This document shows, one piece after another, positions 23,594 to 32,000 of a stretch of 32,000 nucleotides of DNA. A model generated the notes under the pieces. That model saw only the letters and a program-made list of their open reading frames with translations, was not told the origin of the DNA and did no database searches. This DNA is from Wallemia ichthyophaga EXF-994. Its lineage: Eukaryota > Fungi > Basidiomycota. Within the stretch, counting starts at the first letter, position 1. Each line of letters opens with the position of its first letter. The stretch lies in NCBI RefSeq assembly GCF_000400465.1, contig NW_008806282.1, positions 60,001-92,000 on the forward strand, in the 5' to 3' direction. The position numbers and the translations under genes are program-made.

Positions 23594-26067
23594 ATGACGC
23601 TGCCATATTACAGAATATCATCGACTTTAGAAGGGCACAGCGATGATGTGAAAGCTGTGCATGGCTGCTCAGACAATTCAATTTTATCAGCCAGCAGAGA
23701 CGGGAGTGTGAAAAGATGGACGATGGATTTGAACGAGTACAAGCTGGAAGGGACATACGTAGGGCATGGTGCGTATGTGAACAGCGTGGTATACAATGAG
23801 GGTGAGTCTTTCTCCGCTCACTAGCACGTTTACGCTCACACTCCAACGGACGTGAAAGAGATAATCTCAGGAGGTTCAGACTCGAGGGTGTTAGTGCACG
23901 ATTTGGACCGTCAGGACAAGCCCCGCGAGACCCTGCTAGAGCATTGGGGCAACGTTTGCTGTTTATCAGTACACTCGGAAACACTAGTCAGCGGCAGCTG
24001 GGATTTGAGTGCGCGGGTGTGGAGAGCGCAAAAAGGGCAATACGAGCAGACGCTCAGACTAGACGGACATGAAGAGGCAGTTTGGGACGTTAAATGTCTT
24101 TGCGATGGCTCCTTCCTGACAGCCTCAGCTGATAAGGTTATTCGCCGGTTTGATAAGTCCGGAAGGCTTATCAAGCGCTATCAAGGACACTCCGAGCCCG
24201 TTCGCTCACTTGCTTTGTTGAATAACGACGCCTTCTTCTTGTCGGCGTCTAATGATGGCACACTGCGCAAGTGGGCTGTCGAGACTGGAGAGCAAGTGTG
24301 CGTTATGCGTGGACATTCGTCGTTTGTGTATGCAGTGGCTGCACTTGCATCGCCCACCGATGATGATTTCGTTGTCAGTTGCGGAGAGGATTTTGAAGTG
24401 AGATTGTGGCTGGGTGAGTTTGGGCTATTGCAGTGCCTCCTTTATGGCTAATCGAAGAACCAACTTCAGGTGAAACCTGCTTGCAGACTATTCTCATACC
24501 CGCTGTGTCTATCTGGAGCGTCACTGTGCTTCCGAATGGCGATTTCGCAGTCGGTACTTCGCAGAATCTTGTTCATGTCTTCACACGTGCGGAAGAGCGT
24601 ACAGCTACCAATGTAGCTTTAGATGTGGGTTTTGTGGTTTATCGGTAGCTGTGTCTCAGACAATAAATCAGGAATGGGAAGCACAATCAGCGCAGCTGAA
24701 GGAGAGGTTTGTGACTGTACACTTATCGTCCTTAACACTAACAAAGCCAGACAAACGGGCAGATCAGAAGAGCGGTTGGTGAATGAAAAGTCACCGGTAC
24801 TGATTGATATAGACGTCGATGATGACACACCGAATCTGCAGCTCAAGTGGGAAATGGGCGATGATGTAAACGAGACTGCCAGGAGGTTTGTCGAGGAGCA
24901 CAGCTTGTCGCCGAACTATGAAGATCAGATAGCGCAGTTCCTATGGCAGGCCGTGGGAGGCGTAGGAGGGGTGGAGGTAGGACAGCAGATTGATAGCGTT
25001 GAGGGTGCGCATAATGATGCGGAAGCAGAGTCAGAATCAGAATCAGAATCAGAGTCAGAAGAGTCATTAAAGCCGCCAAAGTCAAATTCACAGTCAGAGT
25101 CAAAATCAGAGTCGCCAAAGTCAAAGACAAAGTCGCCAATTAAGCGACTCGCAGAAATACTAACATCCAGTGCGAGTAGGTAGCATAGAAAGTGTCAAGA
25201 AATGACTAACCAGGTTGTGCAGCTAGGAGGGTGATTGTGATGGCTGGCGCTGGAGTATCGACGGGTGCGGGACTACCAGATTTCCGCTCACCTAACACGG
25301 GGCTGTACGACAATCTGAAGCAATACAATCTGCCCTACCCGGAGGCGGTTTTCGATGTGGATTTCTTCCGGGAGCAGCCCGAGCCATTTTACGCTTTAGC
25401 CAAGGAGCTATACCCTGGGTCGTACCTGCCTACGATGACGCATTATTTCTTCAGACTGCTTGAAGTGCGAGGCATTCTCAAGCGCGTGTTCACGCAGAAT
25501 ATCGATACATTGGAGAGAGTAGCGGGTGTTTCTGACGAGAAGATGGTAGAGGCGCACGGGTCGTTTGTGCGAGCTCGTTGCATAGATTGCAAGGTGGTGA
25601 GCGATGGGGCATACGTCAAGCGGTGCGTAATGCAAGGTGTCATACCACGCTGTCAAGAGGAGAACTGCTCGGCTTATGTTAAACCTGATATAACATTCTT
25701 CGGAGAGGCTCTCCCGAAAAGGTTCTTCGATCAGCTGGATGACTTGGGTGAATGCGATCTGCTCATGGTGCTCGGGACTTCGCTCGAGGTGCACCCTTTC
25801 GCTAGCCTCATTGGTTTGGTGGAGAAGAGCGTTCCGCGCGCGCTGCTCAATCTTGAACGTGTGGGTGAGCGCAAGTATGACGGAGGGTTTGATTTCGAGG
25901 ACGGGAGCAGGGATATCTTCTGCGGAGGTAGAACAGACAATGTCATTGTCGAGCTGGCCAAGGAGTGTGGGTGGCTCGATGAACTGATGGAGCTGTACAC
26001 CACTGAGCGGGGAAGCAAGGCGAAAGAGTTTGCACTGGAGGGTGCGCTCGACAAGTTGAGATTGTAG
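23594..26067 (+). CDS. Chimeric gene: Doa1/Ufd3/PLAA WD40 + trimmed PFU fused in frame to an Hst2/SIRT2-class NAD+-dependent deacylase (predicted 740 aa)
   Basis: Exons 23594-23801, 23859-24413, 24470-24624, 24672-24706, 24751-25175 and 25223-26067 sum to 2223 nt = 741 codons with no internal stop. Doa1 motifs: LEGHSDDVKAV, SGSWDLSARVW, CLQTILIPAVSIWSV and IDIDVDDDTPNLQL...ARRFVEEHSLSPNYEDQIAQFL. Sirtuin motifs: GAGVSTGAGLPDFRS, TQNIDTLE, VEAHGS, CxxC...C, KPDITFFGE and GTSLEVHPFA. Both domains are high confidence; the fusion itself is about 0.8. Confidence 0.8.
25028..25139 (+). repeat. Degenerate hexamer repeats (GAGTCA/GAATCA/AAGTCA) encoding a Glu-Ser/Lys-Ser linker
   Basis: gagtcagaatcagaatcagaatcagagtcagaagagtca...cagtcagagtcaaaatcagagtcgccaaagtcaaag, which translates as ESESESESESEES...QSESKSESPKSKTKSP. 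Confidence 0.85.
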
Positions 26068-26226
26068 AGTTGTTTTACTACTATCACATAATGACGTATC
26101 AGAATGGCTTAATAACATATTACAAGTTAAAGGTAGTGAATAGCCTGCTAGCTTAGATATTTTAACAACTGGAGAGTTGAGAAAGAGGGAGATAAAAGCA
26201 TGAGCCCTAAAAAAAAGAAGACCCAT

Positions 26227-26664
26227 CTACTCATCGTCTTCGTCACTCTTAGCCTCCTCTTCGTCATCATCGATTTCTTCCTTCTTTGCAGGTTTCTTAG
26301 ATTTAGTAGACTTCTTGCTATTCTTGCTTTTCTTTTCATCCTCGTCGTCATCGTCATCCACCTTGTCTGCCTCCTTGCTAGATTCATACTCTTTCTTTTC
26401 TTTTTCATATCTGGCTTTATCAGCCGCAGCCATATCCTCGTATGGCTTCCTCTCCTCACTGCCCATTTCCTTCCACTTGGCACCGAGCAGTCTACCAATT
26501 TCGCCAAAGGATACTTTGTCATTCTCTTCCTTTACGCGAGGACGCCATTCTTGTGACATGTACATGTACGCAGATAGCGCGCGCTTGGGAGCGTTTTCAT
26601 CTTTCTTTCCTTTTGTGGATGCTTTCTTGGTATTAGCGCGTGGTTTTGTCTCTGCTTTTGGCAT
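26227..26664 (-). CDS. NHP6: Nhp6-like single HMG-box protein with acidic/basic C-terminal tail
   Basis: KKDENAPKRALSAYMYMSQEWRPRVKEEN...FGEIGRLLGAKWKEM...KPYEDMAAADKARYEKEK is a canonical HMG box. The ORF is single-exon. Confidence 0.9.
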   Translation of the reverse strand: MPKAETKPRANTKKASTKGKKDENAPKRALSAYMYMSQEWRPRVKEENDKVSFGEIGRLLGAKWKEMGSEERKPYEDMAAADKARYEKEKKEYESSKEADKVDDDDDEDEKKSKNSKKSTKSKKPAKKEEIDDDEEEAKSDEDDE

Positions 26665-26708
26665 CTGCGGGAGGTGTTAAACAAGTATGGGGGTGTGAGG
26701 AATGTGGT

Positions 26709-26709
26709 T

Positions 26710-26751
<42 letters not shown>
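26709..26751. repeat. (GT/CA)n microsatellite, about 20 units, upstream of NHP6
   Basis: ttgtgcgtgtgtgtgtgtgtgtgtgtgtgtgtgtgtgtgtgtgta is read directly from the sequence. Confidence 0.95.
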
Positions 26752-26752
<1 letters not shown>

Positions 26753-27165
26753 TAGCGGGAGCAGCATCGCTGCAAATGTCTAGAGTACCTGGGAGTCATC
26801 TGCAAGTTATCTTGGCCTCTACGTTTTCTTTCCATCTCATCTCCCTCATCTCCACCGAAAACGCGCGCGAATGGACACACGCACAAAAAACACCACAGCA
26901 GCCACGACCATCATCCTCATCTGTGCAGAAATACCCACTTTTAATTAACTCCTCGTTGTTTTGCGCAGAGTGCCACGCCTGGTGTGGTCTGCTGGAGAGG
27001 CGGGCCATTTTTTATTTTAATTGAAAGCAGAACAAAGGTAAGGCGGCGGAAAAGGAAGGCGGGAGTGAAATATGTGAGTTTGTAAAAGTATAATTGAATA
27101 TAGATGTTAGATGTAGATGATTTATACGTGAATAAGACTACGTGTTTTGTGTGTAAACTACTGCA

Positions 27166-29991
27166 TTACTGCACAGCGCCCATGATCAATTCACAGGTGA
27201 AGCTATTAGGTGACCTAACGACCATCTCGAGGTTGACGCCTTCACCCTCCTCGAAAGCCATTCTGGCCATAGCGAGTACCTTGCCTTGAGCACTACCGCG
27301 GATGATACACCCACTAAGGCGGAGAGTGTGGAGGTGAGCGCTACCCACGACATCCGATCCACCCAAAGCCATCATACCGAGAAGGGCGGTGAGAGCGTCT
27401 GTAGCTTCCTGTAGACTACCCATAGCGGAGAGGGTGAAAGAGTCGCGTAGTTCACTGTGTTCGCTGTGCTCCATCGACATTGCCTCCCATTCTCCATCGA
27501 AACTGACCCACTCAGGACGTACATAGTCACTTATACCCAGTTCCACGTCATCCACTTGATATTCATCCGCATATCCCTCCTCCTCCACCATACCACTATC
27601 TGGATCTACCTCTTTGGTGGTAAAGGTGAGAGTGTTGGAGAGTGCGCCAGTGGGGTAGCCCGCATTGTCACCGTTACCGTCACCTTCATCGTCAATAAAC
27701 GAGTAGCTCACGTACGTACTCCGTTCGCCATCTGCAACTGTAAGTGTATCGATGGGAAGGATAAAGTCCTCGCGCAGGCTACCACCCACATCACCAAGAC
27801 CCATCAACACACTTACCCCATCAAGTACCGCCTCTGGGACCGTGTTGCGCACGTGGTATTCAAACACTACATGCTCGCTGAAGAGGTGCTTCTGTACACT
27901 CACTACATACTCCGTCTCCTCTTCTGTGAGATGGACTGGTGGCGATGTGTGCAATGGAGCACCGTATCCAGCGAATTCTGGGATAGACGTGATGTTGGTG
28001 GTGCTCGACAAGGCATGTGAATTGTGTGCAGATGTCGCTGCAGAAGCAGGTGCATCGTGTGATAAGAGCAATTCTTCAGAGTGAGCGGTTGCGTTATCCT
28101 TGTTATTTTTGCTATTTTCACTCTCACCCTGCTTCTCACCTAGGTCTCCCAACCTACCGACATGGGTATCCAATCTGATTTGGTCCTTGGGCATGCGTGG
28201 GATAACGGCAGAGTTGAAAGGCTCTTCATAATTTTGCTCTGTGGTATATGTGCAGAGGGATTTCTCCAATACACCCACACTCCATGTGTGCTCCTCGTGC
28301 GTCGTACGCTTGGCAAGCTCGTCGTCGTGAATAATACGCATGTACATGGCAGCTCTGTCGCGCACCTCGTCATCGCTATCGTCGAGACAGCGTCCGAGGA
28401 GCACTTTAACTGAACGTCTAACATGTTGGGCAGCGTATGCGACGTTTGTGCCGAATTTTGCCAAACTAGATACAGCAGCGGCGCGTACGATTGCATTCTC
28501 CAACACTACACGGTTGTATATATGGCGAATGTACTTGGTAGGCTCGGGTGTAGAGGGGCCTTCCACACCAAGCAAGTGCAATACACGCACGGATAACTTG
28601 GTGAACTCGCAATCTTCAATAAATTCACAAAGGTGGGCCAGTGCCATCTCTTTGCTCTCGCCTATACCCTTTATCATGTCGATTATCGCTTCCACTACCG
28701 CACGTTTGAAGTCATACCCTCCCTCATCACGTAAGGCCTGCGAGAGGAAAGCGAGCATTGCGGGGTATTTATTAGGGAACTTGAGACATAAAGTACGGAC
28801 GGCATCCACCACTATCACCTTGAATTCATCGGAAATTTCAAGCATGAAGGAGGAAATTTGCTTCATTAGCCTATCTACGCTGGCTTCATTGCCTGTCTTT
28901 AGCAAGGTGGTGATTGCGAAAGTGGCAATGGAGCGGTTAGAGTCGGTAATAAGGTTTTCAATTTCGAGGTTGCAGGATGAGACGGTAAGAGGGTGTCTCT
29001 GTGCAAGGTCGTTGAGAGTGCGAATGGCAGCGAATTTGAGGGGAGTGTTGGGGGTGCTGAGAGCGAGTTGAAGAACAGCGACAGGACGAGAGAGATGAAC
29101 AGGAGTAGCACCATTCCACTGGCAGATAGCTCTCGCAGCTTCAATGGAGACCATGTCAGATTTATTGCGTAACCAGGATTCCAATAGGGGGAGGATGGAT
29201 GAGGAGAGGTTTGGATCGGAATTGATTAGGCGTGAGGAGTAGCGCACGAGCATTGAAAGGGCTAGAGGGTTTCTAAGGGAGGAAGGCGATTGGGTGAGGG
29301 ACTGAATGAGTTTCGAAATAGCGACTCTGTCTTTATGACGGATATTGTAGAGCAAACCGAGAGCGTGGTATTGGGCGGTAGATGAGGGGTTAGTGGACAA
29401 GGCATCAAACACCTCGTTTGACCATCTGTTGATGGTATCGGAAGCTTGTGGGTGGATGTGGTAGGATGAGACGAGTGCAGAGGAGGAAATAGCGGGGGAT
29501 CTGTCGACGATGGCATTCTTATAAAACCTTTCAAATGATTGGATCATGGAAGGGTGAGTGATTGCAGCGAGAGTTCTGATTGCATTTGGGCGGTAAATGA
29601 GGTTTGAATTTGGCTGAATATCTTTAATAATCGAGGAGGTGGCCATGAGAACATCGTCAGCCTGGTTTGATAGCTGCTTCACCACCAAGTAAACCATCTG
29701 CCTCAAAGCAGGATCTTTGTTTTGGAATAATTTGGTGATGGAGAAGAAAAGGTTTGTAGATTCTAGTCTGTTGAAGCTGTCGTCGAGCAATAAATATGAC
29801 AGCTTGGTCAATAGAATCCTTGAATTCCTCGGACTGATTGGTGATTGGTTGAATATTCTAGCCTCTTGGAATATAGTAGTCTGGGTGTGGTTAGATGGCT
29901 ACAAATCGGCGTAAATAACCCAATAACCCACCTTGTCTTGATTTAAATTATTTAATTTATCATCTTCATCCTTTTTTATATTCAAGTTCAT
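27166..29991 (-). CDS. SEC21: Coatomer gamma subunit (gamma-COP)
   Basis: Exon 1 MNLNIKKDEDDK...QDK (ATG 29991), intron GTGGGT...CTAACCACACCCAG, then TTIFQEARIFNQSPISPR, NLFFSITKLFQNKDPALRQMVYL, LLKTGNEASVDRLMKQI and HLCEFIEDCEFTKLSVRVLHLLG. Confidence 0.95.
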
Positions 29992-30048
29992 GGTTGATGC
30001 GTTGGATAGACAGATACAACGACCAAGATACTTTGAATAAAATAAAAA

Positions 30049-31191
30049 ATGGGCGGCGGTGATCTAAATATGAAAAAGAGCTGGCATCCTATGCTGATGA
30101 AGAACCAGAGAGTGGTTTGGGATAAAGAGCAGGATGTTCTCCACGAGAAGAAGAAACTTGAGCAGTTGAGAAGGGAGAAGGAGGAGGAGAGGCAACTGCA
30201 GCAACTGCAGCAATTACAACACGCTTCTACGGGCTCAGCACCTTCCGACAGAATGGAATGGATGTACGCTGCTCCTGCCACCGCTAACTCTTTAAACTCA
30301 TCCGAAATGGAAGATTATCTCCTTGGCAAGAAGAGGGTTGATCATATTCTAAAGGGTGACGATGAGAAAGGGCTAGCGGGTCAGCAGCAACAGCAACCTC
30401 AACAGCATCCCAACAATCCCCGTGACACCTCCTCTAAGATCAAACTAGACCCAATGCTCGCAATTAAACAACAAGAACAAGCTGCTTACGACGCTCTCCT
30501 TAAAAACCCATTTAAACTTGGTCAGCTGAGGGAATCCGCAGGTCATTCATCCTCTTCCTCTAGAGCTGAAAAAGATGAACGCAAACAAGCTAGACATGAA
30601 AAGAGGTTGTTCAAGGAGAGTTTAAGAGAGGGTAAAACACGTAATGATAGATTGGGTGATAGGTATGGTGATATAAGGGGTGATAGACGGAGTGGTAGAT
30701 ACAGCGATAGATACAACGATAAATATAGCGATAAATATAGCGACAGATACAGTGACAGATACAGCGACAGATACAGCGACAAATACAGTGACAGATACAG
30801 CGACAAATACAGTGATAGATACAACGATAGATACAACGACAGATACAACGATAGATATCGTGATAGTCATCGCTACTCCCCACCACCACGCAAGCATCAC
30901 TCCCCATCACAGCATCCCCCAAATCCCTCCTCACAGTCTCGCGCTGATAAGTTGGCCGCTATGTCAGCTTCTGCCCAATCACTCCAATCCGAACGCGACA
31001 TTCGCCTCGCAGACATGCAACGCAAGGATGATGCCGAGAAGAAGCGTGACGATATTGCTAGATCCAGAGATGTGAAATATGGCAACCACAATCAATTCAT
31101 TGCAAACGAGCAACGTAAAGTTTATTCTGGAGATGGCGGTCTAGCTGAGCAAATGAGACGGAGGGGTGGTAACGGTGGTGGTGTAGTGTAA
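30049..31191 (+). CDS. CWC25: Pre-mRNA splicing step-1 factor Cwc25
   Basis: MGGGDLNMKKSWHP is the diagnostic Cwc25 N-terminus. RMEWMY, DYLLGKKRVD and KIKLDPMLAIKQQEQ are also present. Confidence 0.93.
   Translation: MGGGDLNMKKSWHPMLMKNQRVVWDKEQDVLHEKKKLEQLRREKEEERQLQQLQQLQHASTGSAPSDRMEWMYAAPATANSLNSSEMEDYLLGKKRVDHILKGDDEKGLAGQQQQQPQQHPNNPRDTSSKIKLDPMLAIKQQEQAAYDALLKNPFKLGQLRESAGHSSSSSRAEKDERKQARHEKRLFKESLREGKTRNDRLGDRYGDIRGDRRSGRYSDRYNDKYSDKYSDRYSDRYSDRYSDKYSDRYSDKYSDRYNDRYNDRYNDRYRDSHRYSPPPRKHHSPSQHPPNPSSQSRADKLAAMSASAQSLQSERDIRLADMQRKDDAEKKRDDIARSRDVKYGNHNQFIANEQRKVYSGDGGLAEQMRRRGGNGGGVV
30697..30864 (+). repeat. Coding tandem repeat, 14 x 12 bp, encoding [RK]Y[SNR]D
   Basis: Units are variants of AGATACAGCGAT/AAATACAGTGAC/AGATACAACGAT. 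They translate RYSD RYND KYSD KYSD RYSD RYSD RYSD KYSD RYSD KYSD RYND RYND RYND RYRD. Confidence 0.95.
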
Positions 31192-31266
31192 TATAACAAT
31201 TAACATAAATATATTCATGTACTTGTAAATGTACATCTAATTCTATCTCCATTTAAACAACCCACT

Positions 31267-32000
31267 CTAAACACTAATCGTTTTGCAAATATTAAACCCA
31301 TCCGAGGCCGTAGACACAAAACAGCCGGGCACCTGCGCATGCCAGTGAACCTCTTTGATATCCTTCTGGCCTTGATGACAGAACATGAGTTGAGGAGGAA
31401 CGAGCTGCTCGACCTCGCTAGCCAACTCCTCCTGATCGAGCTCAACAGCGAGATCCCACAGGGTGACCTGATCGTCTGCACCTGAAGCAGCGAGGACCGA
31501 AGGCTCCTTATGATGCCACTCGATGCCCGTAATAGGACCTTTATGCCAATCGAACTGAGCAGCAGGCTGAGGGGCAGTGCTAGTACCTGGTTTGAAATTG
31601 CGCAAATCCCACACCTTTACCATTCCTTCATCACCCCCAGATGCCAGCAGATACTCCGTGTTTTTGTTCCAATTAATTACGTTCACATCCTCGCTATGTG
31701 CGTCGAGGACGCTGACGACAGCTGTGCGCGTGCGCACACGCGTATCCCATACGCGCACACTCCTGTCAGCAGAGCACGATGCGAATACGGTGCGTTCACT
31801 AGGCGACCACTGCAGGTCCTCAACGGAAGAGGTGTGCGAGGTGAATGGGGCGGGTGACGGGATATATCCGCTATCAGTGAAAGTAGAGTTGTGAATAACG
31901 CCCGCGCAGTCACCCGTCAGGAGCTGTCTCTCGCTCGCACCCTCGCGCGACCAGTCAAGCGCAAAACCCTCTTCGCTATGCGAGTTTATAGTGTAAAGAG
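31267..32000 (-). CDS. RRB1: WD40 ribosome assembly protein Rrb1/GRWD1, 3' portion (start beyond window)
   Basis: The frame is open to the window edge: EGFALDWS...HTSSVEDLQWSPSERTVFASCSADRSVRVWDTR...HSEDVNVINWN...GADDQVTLWDLAVE...VPPQLMFCHQGQKDIKEVHWH...KTISV*. Confidence 0.92.
   Translation of the reverse strand, partial: LYTINSHSEEGFALDWSREGASERQLLTGDCAGVIHNSTFTDSGYIPSPAPFTSHTSSVEDLQWSPSERTVFASCSADRSVRVWDTRVRTRTAVVSVLDAHSEDVNVINWNKNTEYLLASGGDEGMVKVWDLRNFKPGTSTAPQPAAQFDWHKGPITGIEWHHKEPSVLAASGADDQVTLWDLAVELDQEELASEVEQLVPPQLMFCHQGQKDIKEVHWHAQVPGCFVSTASDGFNICKTISV

Noticed and set aside
25231-26067. Stand-alone sirtuin gene starting at GTG 25231 or ATG 25240 as in the ORF track
   Set aside because: This start would delete the conserved first helix and part of beta-1. 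A good in-frame intron links the exon to the upstream PFU-containing exon.
25408-26226. 272-aa minus-strand ORF and other long antisense ORFs (1666-2175, 6357-6791, 27457-28020, 28340-29071)
   Set aside because: These are shadow frames of well-supported genes on the opposite strand, with no recognisable motifs.
30697-30864. CRISPR-like array
   Set aside because: The units are directly adjacent 12-mers without unique spacers, inside a eukaryotic CDS.
30543-31075. Repetitive ORFs such as (YLSL)n, (CICR)n and (DTAT)n
   Set aside because: They are alternative-frame readings of the CWC25 12-bp coding repeat.
23500-32000. Apparent rise in GC toward the right end, suggesting foreign DNA
   Set aside because: Spot counts show the photolyase region is similarly GC-rich, and the genes here are core eukaryotic genes with the same intron style. 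There is no sign of horizontal transfer.
1-32000. Functional gene cluster (e.g. secondary metabolism or stress island)
   Set aside because: The neighbouring genes are functionally unrelated housekeeping genes. I saw no backbone enzymes, transposases, terminal repeats, tRNA or rRNA.

Overview
Eukaryotic, gene-dense fungal DNA. It looks basidiomycete; the ~43-57 nt GT-AG introns and tiny intergenic gaps suggest a Wallemia-like compact genome (inference). I built the gene models by hand from splice signals. In order the window holds: Ric-8 GEF (3' end runs off the window), (6-4) photolyase/cryptochrome, a Stealth/Xpt1-like phosphotransferase, an F-box protein with RS tracts, a PH-domain protein, a Kv-type K+ channel, PalC/Rim23, SMC1, TIM8, ATG9, MRD1, a DOA1-sirtuin chimera, an NHP6-like HMG protein, SEC21, CWC25 and RRB1 (5' end off window). 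The standout is 23594-26067. There the ubiquitin-binding WD40 and a trimmed PFU domain of Doa1/PLAA run in one reading frame through a Ser/Glu repeat linker into an apparently intact Hst2/SIRT2-type sirtuin, replacing the Cdc48-binding PUL domain (predicted 740 aa, 6 exons). Also notable: two genes (MRD1, probably SMC1) whose ATG is split by an intron, three head-to-head gene pairs with start codons only 48-75 bp apart, a T1-less fungal Kv channel, and a photolyase with Tyr at the fourth electron-transfer position. I found no rRNA, tRNA, CRISPR or transposon that I can support.
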